From the NCBI GenBank assembly GCA_010672345.1, contig JAAHGY010000008.1:1-37808 (forward strand): DNA of 37,808 bases, in the 5' to 3' direction. Origin of the DNA: Cyanothece sp. SIO2G6. GTDB lineage: Bacteria; Cyanobacteriota; Cyanobacteriia; CAKZMO01. Made by a program: the position numbers and the translations under genes. This document shows positions 32,701 to 37,808 of this stretch, one piece after another. Below the pieces are notes generated by a model that searched no databases, was not told the DNA's origin, and was given only the letters and a program-made list of their open reading frames with translations. The first letter of the stretch is position 1; every line of letters starts with the position of its first letter.

Positions 32701-35539
32701 CTTTGCCGTTGGGCATCAGAGGCATTTCGTCCAAGGGCACAATTACCATCGGCACCATATAGTCAGGCAGGTTTTGTCTGAGTTCGACTTTCAGATCTAC
32801 CTCAGCAATCTCACCACTCACCACGATATAGGCAACCAGTCTTTGATCACCTGTTTCATCCTCCCGCACCAGCACTACACCTGCGCTGACTTGTTCATGT
32901 TGCAGCAGAGCCGCTTCAATCTCGCCCATCTCAATGCGGAATCCCCGGATTTTGACCTGGTGGTCAATCCGGCCCAGATATTCGATCGCACCATCAGGTC
33001 GATACCGCGCCCGATCCCCCGTTTTATAGAGATGGCCTGGGCCGAAGGGGTTGGTGATAAATTTCTCAGCCGTTAATTCTGGGCGATTCAAATAGCCTTT
33101 TGCGAGGCCCACACCACCCATATGTAATTCGCCCAATGCCCCAATGGGAACCTGCTGCAAATTCGCATCCAAAATGTAAGCCTGGGCATTAGCGATGGGT
33201 CGCCCGATGGGAATGCTTGGAGCTGATTCATCAGACTGGCAGGTCCAATAGGTGGAATTGATACAGGCTTCAGTGGGACCGTACAGATTATGTAAACAGG
33301 CATCAATCTGGCTATGGAATTCCTGCGATAGGTCAACCGCTAGGGCTTCCCCGCCACAAAACACATGTTTGAGGGATTGGCATTGGCTAAAGTCTGGATG
33401 ACTCACCAAAACCCTCAGTAGCGACGGCACCAATTGGAGGTAAGTAATGTTCTGCTCTCGGATCGTTTGGATTAAGTAATCGCCATCCAGGAATCTGCCG
33501 GGTCGAGCAAAAATGAGTTGTCCCCCTGCCAGCAACGGCGCGTAAAACTCCCACACAGAGGCATCAAAACTAAAGTTAGTACGCTGAAGAAACTTGTCTG
33601 TTGCAGCTAATGGAAACGTTTGTTGTATCCACTGCATCTGGTTGCTGATAGCTCGGTGGGGAACCATCACCCCTTTGGGTCTACCCGTGGAGCCAGAGGT
33701 GAAAATCACATAGGCGGGATGGTCTGCCCTTATCTTTGTGGCTGGATTTTGGAGCGATCGCTCAGCAATTGTCTCCCAATTCCCATCTAAACAAATAACC
33801 TGAGTATCAACCCCTGGCCCGGTGGTAATTTCTGGTAGCCGCTCCAAAAGATGAGTTTGCGTCAGTAACACGGGCACTTGAGTATCCTGGAGCATGAACT
33901 GAATCCGAGCAGCAGGATAATCCGGATCAATCGGCACATAAGCTCCACCCGCTTTGAGCACCGCCAACAATCCCACCACCATTTCTGGAGAGCGCTCCAC
34001 ACAAATCCCCACTAAAATATCTGCTCCCACGCCTAACGCTTGCAGATAATGGGCAAGCTGATTGGCCCGGATATTTAGGGCTTGATAGGTGAGTTGAGTG
34101 TCCCCTGCGACAACAGCGATCGCATCCGGCGTTTGCTTGACCTGCTGTTCAAACTGCTGATGAATCCAAGTCTCGTGGGGATAAGCTACGGTAGTTTGAT
34201 TCCACTCGGTCAGCAGTTGTTGTTCTGCATCGGTAAGCAAAGGTAGGGTGGCGATCGCCCTTGAACTATCCTGCACAATTGCCCGGAGCAGAATCTCAAA
34301 ATGTTGGCCCAGTCGCTCAACGGCATCGGGAGGGAAGCGATCGCCGTCCCCATCAAAATTGAGCGATAACTGCTCACCTGGAATTACCACCAAATTCAGG
34401 GGATAGTTTGTACGCTCACTGGCGATGATCGTTTGAATGGGTAAGGTTTGCTGATATCCACGCAGAGCTTGGGCAATGGGGTAGTTTTCAACCACTACCA
34501 GGGTATTAAACAGGGTATGGGATACCTCGCTCAGTCGCTGAATGTCTACTAGCGGCATGTAGCTGTAACCTTGCAGATCCTGGAGATCGTGCTGGAGTTG
34601 TTTGAGCAAGGTGTCCCCGGAGCAATCTGGAGACAAGGTTAACCGAAGAGGCAGGGTATTGATAAACAAACCCACCATATCCTCAACCCCATCTAGAGGA
34701 ATGTCTCGCCCGGAAACAGTGATACCAAACACCACATCGGCTTCACCACTGTAGCGACTGAGTAAGATGCCCCAAACCCCATAAATGAGGGTGGCTAAAC
34801 TCATGCGCTGCTGTCGTGCCCATTGCTGGATTTCCTCCGTTAACTCAGCCGATAGCAGATGTTCCCACCGATGAAAGTCGGTGGCTGGACCTGTCTCCTG
34901 TTCTTGCAGCGGCAACGGGGTTGGGGTTTGAAATCCAGATAGCTTTTGTCGCCAATAGGTTTCAACCGTTTCCCGTTCCTGCTGTTGCAGCCAAGCGACA
35001 TAGGCTTGATAGGGTTTGCGGCGAGGCGATCGGGCTTGGCCTTGATAGTTGGCGAGTAAATCCTGCATTAACAGGGGCAGGCTCCAACCATCCAGCAACG
35101 CATGGTGATGGGTCCAAATCAACTGGTGCTGATTCGGAGTCAGTGTAATCAGGGTACAGCGCATCAACGGAGCTTTGGTGGTTTCAAAGACCGTTTGTTG
35201 ATCCCGCCGCAGCCACTCCTGTAGTTTTTGTGGTTGCTGGTCTGCCGCGATATGTTGCCAATCATGCTGCTGCCAAGGCAACTCCACTTGTTTGAGCACA
35301 ACCTGTAACGTTTGAGTGCGCTGCCACACAAAGCAGGTACGCAATACATCGTGGGAGTTAACTAATTGTTGCCATGCCTGTCGTAGCGCCTCTGGATCAA
35401 TGGTCCCGTCTAACACAATCTGAAGCTGTTCAACATAAATACCCGATTCAGCCGCATAGGTACTATGAAACAACATGCCCTGCTGCATGGGCGTGGCTGG
35501 ATAGATGGTTTGAATGTTGCGACTCAATGTGGTGTTCAT
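26768..35539 (-). CDS. NRPS-B: C-A-T-C-A-T-C-TauD
   Basis: 2923 aa; HHALLDGWS, AYVIFTSGSTGRPKGV, FFDLGGHSLLA, MHHIISDGWS, AYMIYTSGSTGRPKGV, FFELGGHSLLA, IHHIISDIWS, then LLFRGF..FHNESSH..MAHGRHAY. Confidence 0.95.
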   Translation of the reverse strand: MNTTLSRNIQTIYPATPMQQGMLFHSTYAAESGIYVEQLQIVLDGTIDPEALRQAWQQLVNSHDVLRTCFVWQRTQTLQVVLKQVELPWQQHDWQHIAADQQPQKLQEWLRRDQQTVFETTKAPLMRCTLITLTPNQHQLIWTHHHALLDGWSLPLLMQDLLANYQGQARSPRRKPYQAYVAWLQQQERETVETYWRQKLSGFQTPTPLPLQEQETGPATDFHRWEHLLSAELTEEIQQWARQQRMSLATLIYGVWGILLSRYSGEADVVFGITVSGRDIPLDGVEDMVGLFINTLPLRLTLSPDCSGDTLLKQLQHDLQDLQGYSYMPLVDIQRLSEVSHTLFNTLVVVENYPIAQALRGYQQTLPIQTIIASERTNYPLNLVVIPGEQLSLNFDGDGDRFPPDAVERLGQHFEILLRAIVQDSSRAIATLPLLTDAEQQLLTEWNQTTVAYPHETWIHQQFEQQVKQTPDAIAVVAGDTQLTYQALNIRANQLAHYLQALGVGADILVGICVERSPEMVVGLLAVLKAGGAYVPIDPDYPAARIQFMLQDTQVPVLLTQTHLLERLPEITTGPGVDTQVICLDGNWETIAERSLQNPATKIRADHPAYVIFTSGSTGRPKGVMVPHRAISNQMQWIQQTFPLAATDKFLQRTNFSFDASVWEFYAPLLAGGQLIFARPGRFLDGDYLIQTIREQNITYLQLVPSLLRVLVSHPDFSQCQSLKHVFCGGEALAVDLSQEFHSQIDACLHNLYGPTEACINSTYWTCQSDESAPSIPIGRPIANAQAYILDANLQQVPIGALGELHMGGVGLAKGYLNRPELTAEKFITNPFGPGHLYKTGDRARYRPDGAIEYLGRIDHQVKIRGFRIEMGEIEAALLQHEQVSAGVVLVREDETGDQRLVAYIVVSGEIAEVDLKVELRQNLPDYMVPMVIVPLDEMPLMPNGKVDRKALPAPAFSPTETFVAPQTERQTLIASLFADVLSVPAETLGIHDNFFDLGGHSLLAMRLITSLRQALETEISLKVLFETPTVAGIDAALDSETAGGLDMPPITPTPRDDAPIPLSYAQERLWFLAQLEGVSGTYNMPGVVRVEGTFDVAKLQQAVNAIVCRHETLRTTFPVVNGTAIQRIHPTMDIPVRSLHAFDLSVSGLNVSGLSVSDLSVSGLNVSRLNVSVSDWLNHEVKQPFDLTTGPLLRLALVHLEADVAILVVTMHHIISDGWSISIFIRELIALYRTDSENQPLSELPIQYADYAQWQRQWLQGEVLATQLDYWRQQLAGAPTLLELPTDHPRPAVQSFRGQTQVVMLPKALGEQVKVLARKHQVTLFMTLLAAFQLLLYRYSKQRDIVVGTSIANRQQPELESLIGLFVNTLVLRLPINETASVKDFLHRVKQMTLEAYSHKDVPFEQVVEALQPQRSLAHSPLFQVMFMLQNMPRSPLELPNMTVTPLPAASVTAKCDLLLSVEESDQGLICEWEHSTDLFEPETIGRMAHHFEVLLTAMVTDDSQAIATMPLLTTAEQRQFAEWNATAAPHPDLCLHTLIDRQAQQTPEAVAVAFEADQLTYQELNTKADCLAHYLQSMGIGPDSLVGICVERSVDMMVGLLGILKAGSAYIPLDPNYPPPRLAFMVDDANVEVLISQSWLQDLLPNYRGKTVCLDQPIPAVVTAPTSPTQADNLAYMIYTSGSTGRPKGVQITHNAVVDLIHSQRQDLGITSADTILSAASFSFDMSVLELWLPLVVGAQLVLVSREVAQDGLRLAAQINTRGVTLMQATPATWRMLLDANWSGSTQLQIICGGEALTPDLARDLRERCATLRNFYGPTEVTVWATQQEITDSTPITVGRPLTNTQVYILDELLNPVPVGVPGDLYLGGVRLARGYYKRPSLTAERFVPNPFGQIPGDRLYRTGDLARYLPDGTIDYLGRADYQVKLRGFRIELGEIEAVLDRHEQVRQCTVVVHKDKADQERLVAYVVSDTDTQQLKLQLKQHLRQHLPDYMVPNVVMCLPALPLTPNGKVDRKALPEPNYERTTEFVAPQTEPQKLIAALFAKILTSPVEQVGIYDNFFELGGHSLLATQVIARMRQIFHVNISVRQLFETPTVAELATWVGEQRQTQQDMITRCDRHQPLPLSFAQERLWFLEQLYPDSAVYNQTVAVRLTGNLHLDPLHHSLQTIVDRHEILRTTFILHQGQPIQQIAPTLTTTLPVVDLRSLSPTQQPEEVQRLATAADQEVFDITQGPLFRASVLQLQDQEYILLWTIHHIISDIWSTGVLVHELSTLYTAYTTASLPLLESLPIQYADFAVWQRQWLTDEVLDQQLAYWRQKLGGQLPVLKLPADYPPPETPSFQGDMSTFHLSAALASKLHQLSQSHGTTLFMTLLAGFKALLYVHSGQPDMMVGTDIANRNRTEIEGLIGFFINLLVLRTDLSGNPTFQDLLQRVREVTLESYAHQDLPFSQLVQALQPDARRSGVTPFVQVLFVMQNAPFNSFELLDLTLTPVTLNTHSARFDLALFVSETPTGLTVSWNYSGDRFTQDTISRLAQQFETLLSQVVAQPDIDLETLTSMVTQPQAGSKGAKGAKRRKKFKRVTPQAVQQATTDLVTIQPLPCGVMTVQPNNHDVNLVLWAKGERAALNDKLLKHGALLFRGFSIETAKDFEQAAVAICPDLFGEYGDLPRTGVSDKVYGSTPYPEDKAILFHNESSHLQQWPMKIWFCCLQPAKQGGATPIVDCRKAYQLLSPEMRDRLHQKQLMYVRNYIKGLDVAWQDFFHTDDRAVVEQRCQAAGVEWEWLADDGLQTRQIRPALVRHPLTGEWVVFNQLQLHHLSYLDQPTQQSLLSLFGEDRLPRQVYYGDGSTIEPEVLNGLQAAYTEAEQVFDWQQGDIIMLDNMLMAHGRHAYTGSRMIAVAMGEMMTQAKLSQIYSVTSAAT
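26795..27772 (-). other. NRPS-B C-terminal fused TauD-type Fe(II)/2OG hydroxylase domain
   Basis: basic linker GSKGAKGAKRRKKFKRV, then ALLFRGF, FHNESSH (27443-27460), GGATPIVD, LDNMLMAHGRHAY. Confidence 0.85.
27860..29188 (-). other. NRPS-B C domain 3 (LCL-like), HHIISDIWS
   Basis: LSFAQERLWFL, RHEILRTTF, IHHIISDIWS (28745-28774) with Ile in place of the usual Gly. Confidence 0.8.
29225..29422 (-). other. NRPS-B T domain 2
   Basis: FFELGGHSLLATQV; Ser codon at 29333-29335. Confidence 0.85.
29435..30937 (-). other. NRPS-B A domain 2, Gly-like (weak)
   Basis: hand-extracted code DMLQIGFVWK versus the remembered Gly code DILQLGLIWK (6 identical, the rest conservative). Confidence 0.45.
30980..32386 (-). 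other. NRPS-B C domain 2 (LCL-like) with repeat insertion
   Basis: LSYAQERLWFL, RHETLRTTF, MHHIISDGWS (31877-31906). Confidence 0.8.
32021..32110. repeat. 15-bp x6 in-frame tandem repeat (AGAGACAYTYAGSYC)
   Basis: units at 32021, 32036, 32051, 32066, 32081 and 32096; encode the pentapeptide reiteration within FDLSVSGLNVSGLSVSDLSVSGLNVSRLNVSVSDW. Confidence 0.9.
32420..32626 (-). other. NRPS-B T domain 1
   Basis: FFDLGGHSLLAMRL; Ser codon at 32534-32536. Confidence 0.85.
32645..34162 (-). other. NRPS-B A domain 1, Gln-like
   Basis: hand-extracted code DAWQFGLINK versus the remembered Gln code DAWQFGLIDK (9 of 10). Confidence 0.6.
34220..35518 (-). other. NRPS-B C domain 1 (DCL-like)
   Basis: IYPATPMQQGMLFH, HDVLRTCF, HHHALLDGWS (35087-35110); follows the E domain of the upstream protein. 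Confidence 0.8.
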
Positions 35540-35566
35540 AGCGTTGTCATTTCATTGGGATAGGTT

Positions 35567-35640
35567 GGGAGACAGACTGGGAGACAGACAAGGGGTTGCT
35601 GGCGCAGACAGAGGGATACCGAACAGACAAAGGGGGTCTG
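35567..35640. repeat. short reiterated GAGACAGAC/CAGACA motifs in the NRPS-A/NRPS-B spacer
   Basis: GGGAGACAGAC twice in tandem, then CAGACA at 35605 and 35624. Confidence 0.5.
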
Positions 35641-35655
35641 GTTGAACAAATCCTG

Positions 35656-37808
35656 TTACAGACTCAGTTGTTGCATCACGTCATCAAGGTCAGTTTGGCT
35701 GAGGTCAATCATTGGAAAGTCAGAGGGCGTGTAGCCACCGCTATCTGGTGCTAGGCAATGGTCAATCAGGTTTTTCAGAGCATGGATGTAATTTTGGGCC
35801 AACTGTTCAATTGTTTCGGGGTGATGATGAGCGCGACTGTAGCTCCAGTTAATGTTCAATTCTCCTGCCACAGTCTGGACATTGATGTCGATGAGATGGG
35901 GGCGTTGACCCTCTGGATCTTGAAGATTACCTATCGATTCAGGGGCTAATGACCAATCAGCACCAAATCCTTTTTCAACCTGCCCCAAGTAGTTAAAACT
36001 GATTTGTGGTGGTGGTAGTGCATCTAGCGCAGTGTCTTTCGTGATGTAGCGCAGCAGTCCATAGCCAATGCCACCATCGGGAACTTGGCGCAGATATTCT
36101 TTGACCGCCTTGAGATTATTGCCAGGAGACTGCTGTGGATCGGTTGTTAGAACAATAGGATAGAGGCTGGTGAACCAACCCACAGTTCGGGACAGATCGA
36201 CGGTTTCAAATAACGGATCGCGTCCATGGCCTTCCAGATTGACGAGCACGGTGTTGCTGCCGAGCCAAGGGGCGATCGCCTCTCCCAAAGCCGTCAACAG
36301 TGCATCGTTAATTTGGGTATTGTAGGCATCGGGGACTTGGTGCAGGAGTTGTGCGGTCTCCTCTGCACCCAGGCTAGTGGATAGGGTCGTCATGTCAGCC
36401 ACGGTGGAATGGGTAGGAGCGCTTGCGATATCCACAGGTAGGGTTGTTTCCTGAGATGCTGCACCCTGGGATGCGGCTTGAGGCCAGGGAAGATTAAGCC
36501 AGTAGTCAAGCTGTACCTTCAGGTCATCGGATTGGCTATAGGTTTCCAATTGCAGGGACCAGTCCTGATAGGCCGTTGTCTTGGGAGGAAGCAGAGTAGG
36601 CTGCTCAGTACGACCATAGAGATCCCACAGATCCCCCAGTAATATGCGCCAGGATACGCCATCAATGACTAAGTGGTGAAAGATGAGTAACAGCCGTTGT
36701 TGGGTGCCCAAGTTGAACAGAATCGCGCGACCCACTGGCCCTTGACTGAGGTGGAGACTGGCTTGTTTTTGGGTGGCGATCGCCTCCAACTCCCGTTCCT
36801 GTCTGCTAGACGATAGCCCAGATAAATCAACCTTTTCAACAGGAATCTCAACCCCATCGGTGCTGTGCTCCTGACACCACTGACCGTCACGGTATTCAAA
36901 TCGCAACCGCAGGGCATCATGGTGGTTCACTAAGTCAACTAGATTTTGCTGTAACTTATCCTCATCCAGATCAGAGGGAACCTGGAGCAAGATGGCCTGA
37001 TTAAAGTGATGCGGATTGCTCCAGTGTTGCTCCAAAAACCAGCGTTGAATCGGGGTGAGGGGCACCGGACCTGCGACTTGCCCTTGCTGGGCCAAAATTG
37101 GCACTTCTGTCTCGTGGGTAATGGCATAGGCCAATTCGCCAATGGTTTGATACTGAAACAACTGTTTAGGATTGATCGGCAACCCTGCTTTTCGAGCCTG
37201 GGCAATAATCTGAATGCTCAGAATAGAATCACCCCCCAGCTCGAAAAAGTTATCGTGAATGCCAATGGCGGGAATGTCGAGCACCTGGCTCCAGATATCA
37301 ACGAGTTGTTGTTCCAGTGGGGTTTGGGGTGGGGTAAATGGGGTGTCTAAGCTAGAGCGCTCGCCACCAGGAATATCCAGAGTCTGCAATTTTGCCCGAT
37401 CAACTTTGCCATTGGTATTTAAGGGCACGTGCGCTAGCCAAACAAACGCCGAGGGCACCATGTAGTCTGGCAACCGCGTCTGCAACCATTGGCGTAATTC
37501 CTTGACTGAGCAGGGCGGTTCAACCTCAAGGTCCATATCAGGATTAACATCAACCGTGGTTTCAGCTTGAGCTGCGCCAACTTCAGGGGTGTCGGTCTCA
37601 TGTTGAGGAGTCAAATAGGCAATGAGACGACTTTGACCAGCCGGATCAGACTGAACCATGACCACAACATCTCGCAGTTGGGGATGTTGCCGTAACACCG
37701 CTTCAATTTCTCCCAGTTCGATACGGAAGCCACGAATCTTGACCTGATGGTCAATCCGGCCCAGATACTCAAAACTACCATCGGGTAAGTAGCAAGCCAA
37801 ATCACCCG
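35656..37808 (-). CDS. NRPS-A (5' end outside the window): ..A-T-E
   Basis: the frame is open to the window edge (..[36 protein letters not shown]); [75 protein letters not shown]. Confidence 0.95.
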   Translation of the reverse strand, partial: GDLACYLPDGSFEYLGRIDHQVKIRGFRIELGEIEAVLRQHPQLRDVVVMVQSDPAGQSRLIAYLTPQHETDTPEVGAAQAETTVDVNPDMDLEVEPPCSVKELRQWLQTRLPDYMVPSAFVWLAHVPLNTNGKVDRAKLQTLDIPGGERSSLDTPFTPPQTPLEQQLVDIWSQVLDIPAIGIHDNFFELGGDSILSIQIIAQARKAGLPINPKQLFQYQTIGELAYAITHETEVPILAQQGQVAGPVPLTPIQRWFLEQHWSNPHHFNQAILLQVPSDLDEDKLQQNLVDLVNHHDALRLRFEYRDGQWCQEHSTDGVEIPVEKVDLSGLSSSRQERELEAIATQKQASLHLSQGPVGRAILFNLGTQQRLLLIFHHLVIDGVSWRILLGDLWDLYGRTEQPTLLPPKTTAYQDWSLQLETYSQSDDLKVQLDYWLNLPWPQAASQGAASQETTLPVDIASAPTHSTVADMTTLSTSLGAEETAQLLHQVPDAYNTQINDALLTALGEAIAPWLGSNTVLVNLEGHGRDPLFETVDLSRTVGWFTSLYPIVLTTDPQQSPGNNLKAVKEYLRQVPDGGIGYGLLRYITKDTALDALPPPQISFNYLGQVEKGFGADWSLAPESIGNLQDPEGQRPHLIDINVQTVAGELNINWSYSRAHHHPETIEQLAQNYIHALKNLIDHCLAPDSGGYTPSDFPMIDLSQTDLDDVMQQLSL
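35701..37083 (-). other. NRPS-A epimerization domain (all core motifs intact)
   Basis: [10 protein letters not shown] at 36649-36678; EGHGRD, GIGYG and FNYLGQ present. Confidence 0.85.
37105..37317 (-). other. NRPS-A thiolation domain (GGDSI type)
   Basis: Ser codon at 37225-37227. Confidence 0.85.
37366..37808 (-). other. NRPS-A adenylation domain, C-terminal subdomain only
   Basis: A8 to A10 motifs; the specificity pocket lies outside the window; close paralogue of the NRPS-D A domain. Confidence 0.8.

Noticed and set aside
23221-35655. Fur-box-like or other obvious iron-regulatory palindromes in the three NRPS intergenic spacers
   Set aside because: I found nothing resembling an AT-rich 19-bp Fur box. 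The spacers are filled with GC-rich repeats, and the cluster promoter is probably beyond 37808.
16026-37465. Dozens of 60-157-aa ORFs within the TauD and NRPS genes, on the plus strand or in alternative minus-strand frames
   Set aside because: All lie inside long CDSs with continuous NRPS or TauD motifs, so they are treated as frame shadows.
1-37808. tRNA, rRNA, tmRNA, riboswitch or transposase genes
   Set aside because: No cloverleaf-like segments, rRNA-like conserved stretches or transposase or integrase ORFs were seen by eye. A tRNAscan/Infernal run would be needed to exclude small RNAs formally.

Overview
Cyanobacterial chromosomal segment: the HIP1 octamer GCGATCGC occurs dozens of times, and Uma2, DUF29 and DUF4157 families are typical of the phylum. 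It falls into three blocks. (1) 1-9.3 kb holds a Uma2 nuclease, a DTGA-protease/RimK/AstE-like three-gene operon, a sigma-70 C-terminal remnant, DUF29, an AT-rich orphan gene, a toxin-first yoeB/yefM-like pair whose toxin looks frameshifted, and leuS. (2) 9.3-15.7 kb is an accessory islet. It holds brnT/brnA (the toxin has no canonical start and is absent from the ORF track), a vapBC-like pair, an LRAT/NlpC-P60-like protein and a second Uma2. It also holds a 651-aa DUF4157/HExxH protein with acidic tandem repeats and an unassigned C-terminal domain, plus several families of long hairpin repeats. (3) 15.8-37.8 kb is a minus-strand NRPS assembly line that runs off the right edge: [..A-T-E] -> [C-A(Gln-like)-T-C-A(Gly-like)-T-C-TauD] -> [His-less C-like domain-A(Asp)-T] -> [C-A(Thr)-T-degenerate E-C] -> TauD. 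The last TauD is in frame with the preceding NRPS and separated from it by one stop codon. This reads as a beta-hydroxy-aspartate (siderophore-type) peptide pathway with a split, hydroxylase-bearing Asp module. No TE/R release domain lies in the window. A palindromic repeat element is inserted in frame in an A domain, and a 15-bp x6 in-frame repeat sits in a C domain. No rRNA, tRNA or CRISPR array was seen. Domain coordinates are approximate, placed by hand from core motifs.
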